Source of the DNA: Terriglobia bacterium
GTDB lineage: Bacteria > Acidobacteriota > Terriglobia > Acidiferrales > UBA7541
NCBI GenBank assembly: GCA_041497955.1
Contig: JBGQHO010000007.1
Coordinates: forward strand, 15,691 to 79,690
Direction of reading: 5' to 3'
DNA length: 64,000 nt
Below are positions 36,865-46,764 of this stretch, piece after piece. Under the pieces are notes generated by a model. That model was not told the DNA's origin. It worked only from the letters and a program-made list of their open reading frames with translations, and ran no database searches. Every line of letters starts with the position of its first letter. Positions within the stretch are counted from its first letter, which is position 1. Position numbers and translations under genes: made by a program.

Positions 36865-37319
36865 AGAAAGCCGTCCAGCTCCTGCTCTTCGGTCGCTAGG
36901 TGACGCCGCATCTCCCGCGTCAGCTCTGTTCCCTTCTCCTTCAAGTGGTAGACAGCCTCGGACGCGTCGTCCATCCGGTTGAACTCATCTAGCGCCCCGC
37001 AGAAGTCATCCAGGCGCGCCAACAGCCCGACGTGCTCCACTTTCATCTGCCGGCTGAATTCGGCCAACTCCGGGCTCACTTCTGCGACGCGATCGAGCAG
37101 CACCGCCTCTTCACGGCGGCAATGTTCCGGGAAGTGCTCGGCGAGCTCCTTGCCGAAGCGCCGAAGCTCGTCACCGACGCTCAGGTCGGCAAAGACCTCC
37201 CCATAGCAAACCAGGCGTTCGAGGGCTGGCTCCGCTCTATCCAAGGCGCGCTCGAGCGCCCGGTGCTCGTCGTGGATTCGAGCCGCATCGGCGCGGAACG
37301 TTGGCGTAAGAGTAGCCAT
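36861..37319 (-). CDS. Hemerythrin HHE cation-binding domain protein
   Basis: Start at Met23 (ATG 37319). His/Glu helices IHDEHRAL, EHFPEHCRREEAVL, KVEHVGL, RRHLATEEQEL. 4-nt overlap with the GNAT gene. Confidence 0.6.
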   Translation of the reverse strand: MATLTPTFRADAARIHDEHRALERALDRAEPALERLVCYGEVFADLSVGDELRRFGKELAEHFPEHCRREEAVLLDRVAEVSPELAEFSRQMKVEHVGLLARLDDFCGALDEFNRMDDASEAVYHLKEKGTELTREMRRHLATEEQELDGFL

Positions 37320-37559
37320 TGTCTGCCTCCCACCTGAATCAAGCACTTGCCCTGCCAAGAAAGCATGTTCCTTGCGTTGCGCCAACCCGTGTTTTGACGG
37401 GAGCTTACGGACACATGGAGGGCTTCCGCCCGACAGCGATTAATGCTGTGTCTGAGGCGGCTGGCGCAGGTTCGTGCGCGATGTGGCGCAAACAGCCCCG
37501 GCGCGCTTCTCTACATCTCCGCAAGTCCCTCATTTTTTGTGAGTTGCGCCGCTTCCGGC

Positions 37560-37575
37560 TGGCATCGAAGCTGCT
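37560..37575 (+). promoter_or_regulatory. Candidate sigma-54 (-24/-12) promoter upstream of the PFOR gene
   Basis: TGGCAT-N5-CTGCT, with GG and GC separated by exactly 10 nt (consensus TGGCAC-N5-TTGCW). The -12 element is 27 nt upstream of the GTG start at 37602. Confidence 0.3.
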
Positions 37576-37601
37576 CCCCTGTCACTGAAGAGGAGAAGCC
37601 C

Positions 37602-40600
37602 GTGCCTGCCACATTGAACGCTACAGAGCAGTCCAACGAGGTCAAGGGAGGGGTTCGCGCAACTGAGTCTGCGTCGCGCTTCGACGGCATTCCGACGACG
37701 ACCGACGGTTCCGGCGCCGTCGTTTGGGTCGAGTCGCACATCTCGCAGGGCGCCTGCGCGTATCCCATCACGCCCTCGACGCCTATGGGCGACGGCTTCG
37801 CCGCCGAGTTCTCGAACGGAAGGCGTAACCTCTGGGACGAGCCGCTCGAATTCCTCGAGCCCGAATCGGAGCACAGCTCGGCTTCGGCGTGCGAAGGCTT
37901 CGCGCTCGCCGGCGGGCGCGTGACGAACTTCACCTCCGGCCAAGGGCTGATCCTGATGAAAGAGGTGCTCTACGTCATCGCCGGAAAGCGCCTGCCCGTT
38001 GTCTTTCACATTGGCGCGCGCGCGCTGACGTCTCATTCGCTCAACGTCCATTGCGGGCACGACGACGTGATGGGCGTGGCGGACACGGGCTGGGGCATGT
38101 TGTTTGCGCGCAATGCGCAGGAAGCGGCGGACCTGGCGCTCATCGCGCGCCGCGCCGCCGAGGATTCCGAAACACCGTTCTTCAATGTGCAGGACGGCTT
38201 TCTGACCACGCACACGCTCGAGACCGTTCGCCTGCCCGAGCCGGAATTGATGCGCGACTTCATTGGCGCGCCGGCAGATCGCCTGCGGAAGCTCTTCGAC
38301 CCCGCCCAACCCTTGCTCACCGGCTGCGTGCAGAACCAGGACAGCTACATGAAGGGGAAGGTCGCGCAGCGGCATTTCTATGACCGCGTGTCTCCAGCGC
38401 TTGCGCGCGCCATGCGTGAATACGGCAAGCGCACCGGGCGCCGCTACGATTTCGTGCGCGCCTATCGCATGGAAGACGCCGAGTACGCCCTCGTGGGGCT
38501 CGGCTCGATGATGGAAACGGCCGAAGCCACCGTGGACTATCTGCGCGCCCGCGGCATGCGCATCGGCGTCGTCAGCCTGACGAGCTTCCGGCCTTTCCCC
38601 ACGCGCGAGCTGGCCGCCGCGCTCCGCGGCTGCCGCGGCGTCACGGTGATCGAGCGCGCGGATGTGCCGCTGGCGCAGTCGAATCCGCTGACCACGGAGG
38701 TGAAAGCCGCGCTCGCTGACGAACTGCTGCGACTGGGCGCAGCGGCAGAGTCCCTGCCCGCCATCTACTCCGGAGTCGCCGGGCTTGGCGGGCGCGATGT
38801 GCGTCCCGGCTATTTCGTTGCGGCAGCCAAGAACATGCTCCAGCCCGGGGGACGCCGCTTCTTCGTCCTCGGCGTCAAGCATGACGATGCGCTCGAAGCT
38901 GCCACCGATCCTGACGTTCGCCCGGCAGGGGCCTACTCGCTCCGCGGGCACTCGATCGGCGGATTTGGCTCGGTGACGACGAACAAAGTTCTCGCCTCCG
39001 TTGCCGCAGAGCTTTTCGGGCTGCAAGCCCAGGCCTTCCCGAAATACGGCTCGGAAAAGAAAGGCCTGCCGACGAATTATTACCTGACGCTGGCGTCAGA
39101 ACGCATTCGCCTGCACGCCGAGCTCAACGCGGTTGATTTCGTCGCCATTCAGGACGCCAACGCCTTCGCCGGCGGCGATCCGCTCGAGGGTTTGTGTGCG
39201 GGCGGAACCGTGTATTTGCAATCGTCGCAGCCTGCGGGAAAGGTCTGGACCAGCCTGCCCGCTACGGCGCGGAAAGCGATCCGCGAGCGCGGGATCCGCG
39301 TGTTCGCGCTCGACGCTCTGCGGATTGCGCGCGATAGCGCGAGCCGCGCCGATCTACAGATTCGCATGCAGGGCATCGTCCTGCTGGGTGCGTTCCTGCG
39401 GCTGACGCCCTTCCGCGAGCGCGCCGGGCTGCACGAAGACGCTTTGTTTGCCGCGCTCGAGAAGACGCTGCAGAAATACTTCGGCAAGCGCGGCGGGCGC
39501 GTAGTGGCGGACAACCTGGTGGCTGCGCGCCGCGGGTACAACGAGGTCGCGGAGGTCGTCCCGCCCGCGCAGGAAGAGCGGTTCGAAGCTAAGGTGGCGC
39601 ATCACTGGGCGCCGGTTTGCCGCCAGGGCAGCGAGTTGGTCGCGCCGAGTTTCTGCGACCACGTGATCGGGAGTTACGCATGCGGCCGCGAGGCCGATCT
39701 CGAAGCGGATGCGTACGTGGCGCGCAGCCTGATGCCGCCATCGAGCGCGGCGCGTCGCAGTTTCCGCACGCTCGGTGCGGAGATTCCTGAGTTCATCGCG
39801 TCCGCGTGCGTGGGTTGCATGGAATGCGTCAACGAGTGCCCGGACACGGCGATCCTCGCCAAAGTGGTGGAGCTGCCCGCGCTCGAAGAACGGCTGGGAC
39901 ACATTGAGCGGCCTGAGCTGCGGGAAGAACTCCGGAAGAATTTCTCGGTCACCAACAAGTACAGCGCCATGTTCGTGAAGCGCGGCGAAGCCGGCGGCCT
40001 GTTCGGTTTGTTCATTGACCCCGACAAGTGCAAAGGCTGCGGGGAATGCATGACGGTGTGCGGCTCGCACAACGCGCTGCGCATGCGGCCCAAGGCCGAG
40101 CTCACCTTGGCCGCATACGACCTGGGGATGGATTTGTTCCGCCACCTGCCGGAAACGCCCGCGCGCTACCTGAACGAAAAATCACTGGGCGATATGATGC
40201 TCGCCGGGCGCTCGCTGCTCTACGCGGGCGGGGCGGGCTCCTGCATGGGTTGCGGCGAAGCCACCGCGATCCGGCAGATGCTCGCAGCCACCGGATTCAC
40301 CTACGGTGCGGACCAGATTGGCATTGTTGCGGCCACCGGCTGCAACACCGTGTTTGGTTCCACCTATCCCTTCAACCCGTTCGCCGTGCCGTGGACCAAC
40401 TCGCTCTTCGAAAACGCGCCTGCCGACGCCATGGGCATCCGCATACGCTGGAACCAGGAAGGCCACGCTAAGCGGCGGCTCTGGGTAATCGGCGGCGATG
40501 GCGCCCTCTTTGACATCGGCTTCCAATCGCTCTCGCGCATGCTGATGTCCGGCCTGGACATCAAGGTCCTGGTTCTGGACACGCAGGTGTACTCCAATAC

Positions 40601-41168
40601 CGGCGGGCAGAGCTCGACCGCAACGTTCACCGGCCAGGACGCCAAGATGGCCGCGGTAGGCCTTGCGCAGCCCGGCAAGCGTGAGCGGCGCAAAGAGCTG
40701 GCACAGATCGCGCTGATGCATCCGCATGTCTTCGTCGCGCAGACTACCGCCGCGCACACGAACCATTTTTACAAGAGCATCCTCGCGGCCAACGAATTCC
40801 CGGGCCCGGCCGTGGTGGTCTGCTACGCGAGCTGCATGCCGGAGCACGGCGTGGCGGACGATCGCTCGGCCGCGCAGGCCAAGCTGGCTGTTGAATCGCG
40901 GATGTTCCCGCTGCTCGTCTACGACCCGCGCAAGGGCGAACGCCTCCGCGAATGCCTGAGCCTGCAGGGGAACCCGGCGTTGAAAGAAGACTGGTACATG
41001 GACCCCAAGAGCAGTGAACCCGTGGACTTCATCGCGTTCGCGAAGACCGAAGGCCGCTTTGCCCGGCACTTCGATGCCGAAGGCCGCCCGGACGAATCCC
41101 TGCAGGGGGCCCGACAGGAGCGCCTGGAGAACTGGCATCGCCTGCAGGAACTCGCGGGGCTGCGATGA
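37602..41168 (+). CDS. nifJ: Pyruvate:ferredoxin (flavodoxin) oxidoreductase, single-chain PFOR
   Basis: 1188 aa from the GTG preceded by AGGAG. N-terminal ACAYPITPSTPMG. Two ferredoxin-type clusters (CVGCMECVNECP, CKGCGECMTVCG). TPP motif GGDGALFDIGFQSLSRML...NTGGQ. Confidence 0.9.
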   Translation: MPATLNATEQSNEVKGGVRATESASRFDGIPTTTDGSGAVVWVESHISQGACAYPITPSTPMGDGFAAEFSNGRRNLWDEPLEFLEPESEHSSASACEGFALAGGRVTNFTSGQGLILMKEVLYVIAGKRLPVVFHIGARALTSHSLNVHCGHDDVMGVADTGWGMLFARNAQEAADLALIARRAAEDSETPFFNVQDGFLTTHTLETVRLPEPELMRDFIGAPADRLRKLFDPAQPLLTGCVQNQDSYMKGKVAQRHFYDRVSPALARAMREYGKRTGRRYDFVRAYRMEDAEYALVGLGSMMETAEATVDYLRARGMRIGVVSLTSFRPFPTRELAAALRGCRGVTVIERADVPLAQSNPLTTEVKAALADELLRLGAAAESLPAIYSGVAGLGGRDVRPGYFVAAAKNMLQPGGRRFFVLGVKHDDALEAATDPDVRPAGAYSLRGHSIGGFGSVTTNKVLASVAAELFGLQAQAFPKYGSEKKGLPTNYYLTLASERIRLHAELNAVDFVAIQDANAFAGGDPLEGLCAGGTVYLQSSQPAGKVWTSLPATARKAIRERGIRVFALDALRIARDSASRADLQIRMQGIVLLGAFLRLTPFRERAGLHEDALFAALEKTLQKYFGKRGGRVVADNLVAARRGYNEVAEVVPPAQEERFEAKVAHHWAPVCRQGSELVAPSFCDHVIGSYACGREADLEADAYVARSLMPPSSAARRSFRTLGAEIPEFIASACVGCMECVNECPDTAILAKVVELPALEERLGHIERPELREELRKNFSVTNKYSAMFVKRGEAGGLFGLFIDPDKCKGCGECMTVCGSHNALRMRPKAELTLAAYDLGMDLFRHLPETPARYLNEKSLGDMMLAGRSLLYAGGAGSCMGCGEATAIRQMLAATGFTYGADQIGIVAATGCNTVFGSTYPFNPFAVPWTNSLFENAPADAMGIRIRWNQEGHAKRRLWVIGGDGALFDIGFQSLSRMLMSGLDIKVLVLDTQVYSNTGGQSSTATFTGQDAKMAAVGLAQPGKRERRKELAQIALMHPHVFVAQTTAAHTNHFYKSILAANEFPGPAVVVCYASCMPEHGVADDRSAAQAKLAVESRMFPLLVYDPRKGERLRECLSLQGNPALKEDWYMDPKSSEPVDFIAFAKTEGRFARHFDAEGRPDESLQGARQERLENWHRLQELAGLR

Positions 41169-41191
41169 GCGCCGCAGGTGGGGAGGGCATC

Positions 41192-42112
41192 ATGAAACTC
41201 GTTGAACCAAGATCGCGTGTGCGTCTGGCGAACATCCTGTGGACCACGGATTTCTCGTCCATCTCGGAAGCGGCCCTGCAATACGCCGTTTCCATCGCCC
41301 GGCGCTACGACTCGCAGATTTACATCGCCCACGTGATTCGCCCGGACAGCTACCAATTGGTGCCGCCGGAAGTTCTTGGCTCGGCGCTGACGCATACGCG
41401 GTGTTACGCGGAGCAGCAAATCGGTCAGTTGCTGGTGTCCGGCCGCCTGCGCGGCATCCCGCACCAGGTTCTGCTGACGGAAGGCGATCTCTGGACGACG
41501 CTTTCCATGCTGATTCTGGAGCATGAAATTGATCTCGTGGTCGCGGGCACGCACGGGCGCACGGGCATCCGGAAGCTCTTGCTCGGCTCGGCCGCCGAGG
41601 AAGTTTTCCGGCGGGCGCCGGTGCCGGTGCTGACAGTAGGCCCGCTCACGCGCCGCGAAGTTCCGGCCGAAGCCGAGCTCCGCCACATTCTCTACGCCAC
41701 TGACTTCACGCCCACCGCGGAACACGCGGGCGCGTATGCGCTCTCGCTGGCTCAGGAACATCAGGCGCACCTGACGGTGATGCATGTCGTGCGCGAAGAG
41801 GCTCCGTCGAGCCGGCCAAACGTCACACGCGTGCGGGAATACTTCCTGCAGCGCCTCAAGGAAATCGTGCCTGCAGAGGCGGAACTTTGGTGCGCGCCGG
41901 AATTCCATGTCGGCTTCGGCGAGCCTGCATCCTGCATCTTGCAAGCCGCCGAAGAGACGCAGGCCGACCTGATCGTGCTCGGCGTGCGGCGCACCGCCAA
42001 CTTTCCGGGCCACCTGCCTCCGGCGACGGCGTATCAAGTCGTCTGCCAGGCGCGTTGCCCGGTGATCACCGTGCGGGGCAATCTGGAATCGGGCGGGCCG
42101 GAGAGCACGTAA
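41192..42112 (+). CDS. Tandem universal stress protein (two UspA domains)
   Basis: Two repeats ending in the ATP-binding-type motif (VVAGTHGRTGIRKLLLGSAAEEVFRRAPVPVLTV and a degenerate second copy VLGVRR...). Start at the ATG preceded by GGGGAGGG. Confidence 0.85.
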   Translation: MKLVEPRSRVRLANILWTTDFSSISEAALQYAVSIARRYDSQIYIAHVIRPDSYQLVPPEVLGSALTHTRCYAEQQIGQLLVSGRLRGIPHQVLLTEGDLWTTLSMLILEHEIDLVVAGTHGRTGIRKLLLGSAAEEVFRRAPVPVLTVGPLTRREVPAEAELRHILYATDFTPTAEHAGAYALSLAQEHQAHLTVMHVVREEAPSSRPNVTRVREYFLQRLKEIVPAEAELWCAPEFHVGFGEPASCILQAAEETQADLIVLGVRRTANFPGHLPPATAYQVVCQARCPVITVRGNLESGGPEST

Positions 42113-42127
42113 TCGAGAGGTGAAACC

Positions 42128-42403
42128 ATGCCCTCACAGGATCGCGGTCGGGTAACTATCGATCCCGATGAATGCAAGGGATGCGGGCTTTGTCTGGACG
42201 CCTGCCCGCCGAAGTGCCTGGCCTTCGCCAAGGACTTGAGCCCATACGGCGTCCACCCGGTGCTGTACCTGGGCGAAGGCTGCACGGGCTGCGGCATCTG
42301 CTTCTACGCCTGCCCCGAACCGGGCGCGATCACGGTCTATCGCGCGGCTCCCCCGCCCAAGCTCGCCAACCAGCCGGCCGCGCAAGAGACTCCCCGTGCG
42401 TGA
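42128..42403 (+). CDS. 2x[4Fe-4S] ferredoxin, delta subunit of 2-oxoacid:ferredoxin oxidoreductase
   Basis: 91 aa with [12 protein letters not shown] and [12 protein letters not shown]. Confidence 0.85.
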   Translation: MPSQDRGRVTIDPDECKGCGLCLDACPPKCLAFAKDLSPYGVHPVLYLGEGCTGCGICFYACPEPGAITVYRAAPPPKLANQPAAQETPRA

Positions 42404-43460
42404 ACTCTCAAAGGGCAACGTCGCCGTTGTAAAGGGCGCCATCCTGGCGGGCTGCCGCGCCTTCTACGGCTATCCCATCACGCCGGCCAGCGAAATCACC
42501 GAAGCTGCCGCGCTCTATCTGCCACAGGTGGGCGGGGTGTTTCTCCAGGCGGAAAGCGAAGTCGCAGCGATCAACATGGTGTACGGCGCCGCTTCAGCCG
42601 GCGTGCGCGTGATGACGGCATCGTCGGGGCCGGGTCTCAGCCTGATGCAGGAAGGCATCTCGTATCTGGCCGGCGCCGAGTTGCCGTGCGTGATCGTGGA
42701 CGTCGTGCGCGGCGGGCCGGGCCTGGGCAACATCGCGCCGGAGCAGAGCGACTACTTTGCGCTGGTCAAAGGCGGCGGTCACGGTAACTACCGCAACTTC
42801 GTCCTCGCGCCTGCGTCCGTCCAGGAAATGTCCGACCTGACGCAGCTTGCCTTCGATCTGGCCGACCGCTATCGCAACCCGGCGATCGTCCTGAGCGACG
42901 GCTTCATCGGTCAGATGATGGAGTCCATGGAGTTGAAGGCCCTCCCGTATGAGGCGCTGGACAAACCCTGGGTGGTGTGCGGCACGCCCGAAACGCGCGC
43001 GAATCTGATCACTTCGATTCAGCTCGAACCCGACGCGCTCGAGGCGCACGTGCGCCACCTCGAGGCGAAGTACAAGTTGGCGGAAGAATTGGAAGCGCGC
43101 CACGAGCTCTATCACGCCGAAGACGCGGAGGTGCTGTTCGTCGGCTATGGCATCACGTCGCGCGTGCTGCGCTCGACGGTCGAACAGGCGCGCGAGCGCG
43201 GCGTGCGGGCCGGGCTTTTCCGGCCGGTCACGCTGTGGCCATTCCCCAAGCACGCGCTCGCCCAAGCTGCGCGCCACGTCCAGATGGTGTTCGTCGTGGA
43301 GATGAGCCTCGGCCAGATGGTCGAAGATGTGCGGCTGACGCTCGAAGGCCGCGTGCCGGTGGAGTTCTACAGCCGCGTGGGCGGCAACGTGCCGCAGGCG
43401 GAGGAGATTCTGGAGCAGTTGCTCAATCGGCTTGTGCCCACAACCGAGTGGGGCGTCTAG
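42396..43460 (+). CDS. 2-oxoacid:ferredoxin oxidoreductase alpha subunit
   Basis: [28 protein letters not shown], typical of POR/KOR/VOR alpha. GTG start overlaps the delta gene by 8 nt. Confidence 0.9.
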   Translation: MRELSKGNVAVVKGAILAGCRAFYGYPITPASEITEAAALYLPQVGGVFLQAESEVAAINMVYGAASAGVRVMTASSGPGLSLMQEGISYLAGAELPCVIVDVVRGGPGLGNIAPEQSDYFALVKGGGHGNYRNFVLAPASVQEMSDLTQLAFDLADRYRNPAIVLSDGFIGQMMESMELKALPYEALDKPWVVCGTPETRANLITSIQLEPDALEAHVRHLEAKYKLAEELEARHELYHAEDAEVLFVGYGITSRVLRSTVEQARERGVRAGLFRPVTLWPFPKHALAQAARHVQMVFVVEMSLGQMVEDVRLTLEGRVPVEFYSRVGGNVPQAEEILEQLLNRLVPTTEWGV

Positions 43461-43478
43461 CGCCGGAGGAGAATCGTC

Positions 43479-44912
43479 ATGCAGGACTACGAAGTAGTCC
43501 ACGCGAAGTCGCCGGTTTTCTACGACCGGTACGAGCGCAAGTCGGAGCTCCAGCAGCAGACGCACTACTGCCCCGGCTGCGGGCACGGAGTGGTGCACAA
43601 GCTGGTCGCCGAGGCCGTGGCCGATCTCGACTTGCAGGACCGCACGATTTTCGTCAGTCCGGTGGGCTGCTCGGTTTTCGCGTACTACTACTTCGACGTG
43701 GGCAACGTGCAGGCGGCCCACGGACGCACGCCCGCCGCGGCAACGGGCCTGAAGCGCTCGCGTCCGGAAAGCATCGTCATTGCGTACCAGGGCGATGGCG
43801 ACCTGGCCGCCATTGGACTCGCCGAGATCGTGCACGCCGCAAACCGCGGGGAGAACATCTCCGTCTTCTTCATCAACAACGCGATTTACGGGATGACGGG
43901 CGGGCAAATGGCGCCCACAACTTTGTTGGGCCAAATCAGTACGACCACGCCCTTCGGGCGCCGCGCCCGCAACGAGGGTTTTCCACTGCACATGGCCGAG
44001 CTGCTCGCCACGCTACAGGCGCCCGCATACATCGAGCGCGTCGCACTTTCCGACAACAAGAACGTGATGCGCGCGCGCCGCGCGGTGCGCAAAGCGATCG
44101 AGAACCAGACGAAGGGGCTTGGTTTTTCCTTCGTCGAGATCCTCTCGCCTTGCCCGACGATCTGGAAGATGACGCCCACCGAGGCGCGCGACTGGGTGGC
44201 GGAGAAAATGATTGCTGTGTTCCCGCTGGGCGTGCTGCGCGACCGTACCGAGCTGCTCACCGATAACGGCGCGCCACCCGTGCGCTCCGTCGAAGAAGTC
44301 CTCGGCGTGAAGTCGGTCAAGGCATCCGAAGCCGCTGAATCCGCCGGCCGAGCGCTGCCGACGAAAACCTGGACGGCGAAGATTGCGGGCTTTGGCGGGC
44401 AAGGCATCCTGCTGCTCGGCCAGATGCTGGCCGAAATGGGCATGCGCGAGAAGATGGAAGTAAGCTGGCTGCCGTCCTACGGGCCGGAAATGCGCAGCGG
44501 CAGCGCGCATTGCCACGTCTGCGTTTCCGACGGACGCATCGGCAGCCCGCTCGTCGAGCACCCAAACGTACTGATCGCCATGAATGAGATTTCGCTGCGC
44601 AAGTTCGCGCCGCAGGTGGCGCCGCATGGAGTCGTGTTCTATAACGCCGCCGTGCTACCCGTGGGCTACGATGTGCCGCAGGGGCGCGTGCTCTGCATCC
44701 CCGCATCAGAGATGGCCGACCACCTTGGCAGCGCCAAAGTCGCCAACGCCGTCATGCTCGGCGCGCTCATCGAGCTCACCGACTGGCTGCCCGCTGCAAC
44801 CGCTGAAGCCGTGCTGGAAAAGACGATTCGCAACGCCGCGCTGCTCGAAATCGATCGGAAAGCGCTCGCCGCCGGCCGCGCTTTCGTGCAGGAAGCAGTT
44901 CGCCGCCCTTAG
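43479..44912 (+). CDS. 2-oxoacid:ferredoxin oxidoreductase beta subunit (TPP-binding) fused to the gamma subunit
   Basis: Beta: YCPGCGHG and GDGDLAAIG...NNAIYGMTGGQ. The C-terminal ~190 aa is gamma-like (KIAGFGGQGILLLGQMLA...SYGPEMRSGSAHCHVCVSD). Confidence 0.9.
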   Translation: MQDYEVVHAKSPVFYDRYERKSELQQQTHYCPGCGHGVVHKLVAEAVADLDLQDRTIFVSPVGCSVFAYYYFDVGNVQAAHGRTPAAATGLKRSRPESIVIAYQGDGDLAAIGLAEIVHAANRGENISVFFINNAIYGMTGGQMAPTTLLGQISTTTPFGRRARNEGFPLHMAELLATLQAPAYIERVALSDNKNVMRARRAVRKAIENQTKGLGFSFVEILSPCPTIWKMTPTEARDWVAEKMIAVFPLGVLRDRTELLTDNGAPPVRSVEEVLGVKSVKASEAAESAGRALPTKTWTAKIAGFGGQGILLLGQMLAEMGMREKMEVSWLPSYGPEMRSGSAHCHVCVSDGRIGSPLVEHPNVLIAMNEISLRKFAPQVAPHGVVFYNAAVLPVGYDVPQGRVLCIPASEMADHLGSAKVANAVMLGALIELTDWLPAATAEAVLEKTIRNAALLEIDRKALAAGRAFVQEAVRRP

Positions 44913-44933
44913 GCGGCCCTTCGGCAGCCGCCT
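44911..44933 (+). terminator. Candidate intrinsic terminator after the OFOR operon
   Basis: 7-bp stem AGGCGGC/GCCGCCT with a 9-nt loop overlapping the stop codon, followed by TGCTTGATT (weak U-tract). Confidence 0.35.
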
Positions 44934-45021
44934 TGCTTGATTCCCGGCCTTGTAGGCTAGAACAACATCAACGGACGTTGGTTGGTCCCGCTCGACAAGC
45001 GGCCAAGCGGCGCATAGGGAG

Positions 45022-45098
<77 letters not shown>

Positions 45099-45321
45099 AA
45101 CGAGGCAGGCAACAGCAAAACCAGTTTAGCGGCTGCCTTTGAGAGGGTCAAGCGCCGCGCCCAGCGAGCCTGTATCCATTCGCGCGCGCCAGCCGTCAAG
45201 AAACGGCGCCGTAAGTGCAGCAATCCTCGTGCTACGGCGTCATGGCCGGCGAGCGCTTGAGGCTGCGCGTGGCGGTGTCGTATGATGCGTGCGGAATCGG
45301 AGCCCTGGGGAATCCTCAGCG

Positions 45322-45933
45322 ATGGTCACGGAACTGATCGGCCGGGGCAGCCGCTGGCTGCTCGACAAGATCGTCGGCGCGCTTGCCACCGTTGGTATCA
45401 ACCCCAACATGCTTACCTTTTTGGGGATGCTGGTGAACGGCTGGGCAGCGGTGCTTTTTGCGTGGGGAGAGTTCCGCTACGGCGCCGGCGTGATTTTCCT
45501 TGCGGGCTTCCTCGACATGCTGGACGGCCAGGTGGCGCGCCGGCGACAGCGCGTTACGGCGTTTGGCGCGTTCTTTGATTCGACGCTCGACCGCTACTCG
45601 GACATGGCGCTCTACATGGGCTTGCTCGTTTACTACGCAAGTATCGGCCGCAACTCGTACGTCATCCTCGCGGCGGTGGCCACGGCGGGCTCCGTGATGG
45701 TCAGCTACGCACGGGCGCGCGCCGAATCGCTGATCCCCACCTGCAAAGTCGGCTTCATGGAGCGTCCCGAGCGGCTGGTGCTGTTGATCATCGGCGGCGC
45801 GCTGAACCGCATGGCACCCGTGCTCTGGGTGATCGCCGTAATCTCCACGATCACGGTGATCCACCGTATCGTTTACACCTGGCAGGAGACGCGCGCCGGG
45901 CGCACGCTGCCCGGCATTCACCTGACGCTCTAA
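45322..45933 (+). CDS. CDP-alcohol phosphatidyltransferase family protein
   Basis: Signature DMLDGQVARRRQRVTAFGAFFDSTLDRYSD, matching D-x2-DG-x2-AR-x8-G-x3-D-x3-D. Multiple TM helices. Confidence 0.85.
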   Translation: MVTELIGRGSRWLLDKIVGALATVGINPNMLTFLGMLVNGWAAVLFAWGEFRYGAGVIFLAGFLDMLDGQVARRRQRVTAFGAFFDSTLDRYSDMALYMGLLVYYASIGRNSYVILAAVATAGSVMVSYARARAESLIPTCKVGFMERPERLVLLIIGGALNRMAPVLWVIAVISTITVIHRIVYTWQETRAGRTLPGIHLTL

Positions 45934-45966
45934 CTCCCGATTCGAAACGGAATTCCCGCAACGCGC

Positions 45967-46764
45967 TCAGCCGCACATGGCTTCTTCGATGGGCCGCGCG
46001 ATGATCTCGCGCACGCGTTCCCGGAGCGCGGGAACATCCTGCTTGTGCAGGCCGCGGGTTTCAATGGTGTCGTGAATGTGCACGATGATCTTTGAAGGGC
46101 GCAGCATCCAGGTATCTTTATTGTTGAATTCGAACGCGCCCACCAGACTCACCGGCACGATCGGATAACCGAACTGCTGCGCCATGCGGAAGCCGCCGTC
46201 CTTGAACGCGCCTACGCGGCCATCGCACGTACGCCCGCCTTCCGGGAACACCACGAGGCTCACGCCTCTTTTGAGCGCTTCCCTGGTCATCTTCCACATG
46301 CGCTTCAGGTCCGAGGGCCGCGTCTCATCCGGCACGGGCACGTTGCCGAAGCGCTTCATCATCCAGCCATAGACAGGAATCTTGAAGTGCGATTCGAGCT
46401 CCAGTCCGCGGATGAATTGCGGCACTACGGAATAAAGCACGAAGGGGTCGAAGAGATTCACGTGGTTTACGATGAAAAAGCTGGTGCACTGGGGATCGAA
46501 GCCCGGCGCGCGGCGCACTTCGATCCGGGCACCCGCCAGGCGCACGACCGTCCGGCTGAAGATGCGCTGGGGCCAGTCGTTTTTGCGCGGATCAATAAAA
46601 ACCGCCATCAGGATCAGAAGGCTGCACACGAGGAAGAAATGGATCCCGCTGACGATCCAGAGGACGAGGCAGCGCAGGATTAAGTACGCCCTGCGCAGGC
46701 CCGTTTCACGCGGGGCGCGCGCGGCAGGAACGGCGCTGATTGGGTTGCCGGAAGCTGGATTCAT
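45967..46764 (-). CDS. 1-acyl-sn-glycerol-3-phosphate acyltransferase family (PlsC/AGPAT-like)
   Basis: N-terminal TM, HX4D motif NHVNLFD and a FPEGGRT motif. Confidence 0.85.
   Translation of the reverse strand: MNPASGNPISAVPAARAPRETGLRRAYLILRCLVLWIVSGIHFFLVCSLLILMAVFIDPRKNDWPQRIFSRTVVRLAGARIEVRRAPGFDPQCTSFFIVNHVNLFDPFVLYSVVPQFIRGLELESHFKIPVYGWMMKRFGNVPVPDETRPSDLKRMWKMTREALKRGVSLVVFPEGGRTCDGRVGAFKDGGFRMAQQFGYPIVPVSLVGAFEFNNKDTWMLRPSKIIVHIHDTIETRGLHKQDVPALRERVREIIARPIEEAMCG

Noticed and set aside
37530-43991. Several long minus-strand ORFs (37530-39026, 39354-40145, 40182-41138, 40919-42037, 42594-43991)
   Set aside because: All are antisense to motif-rich PFOR, USP or OFOR genes. They carry no recognisable domains and have a shadow-ORF composition.
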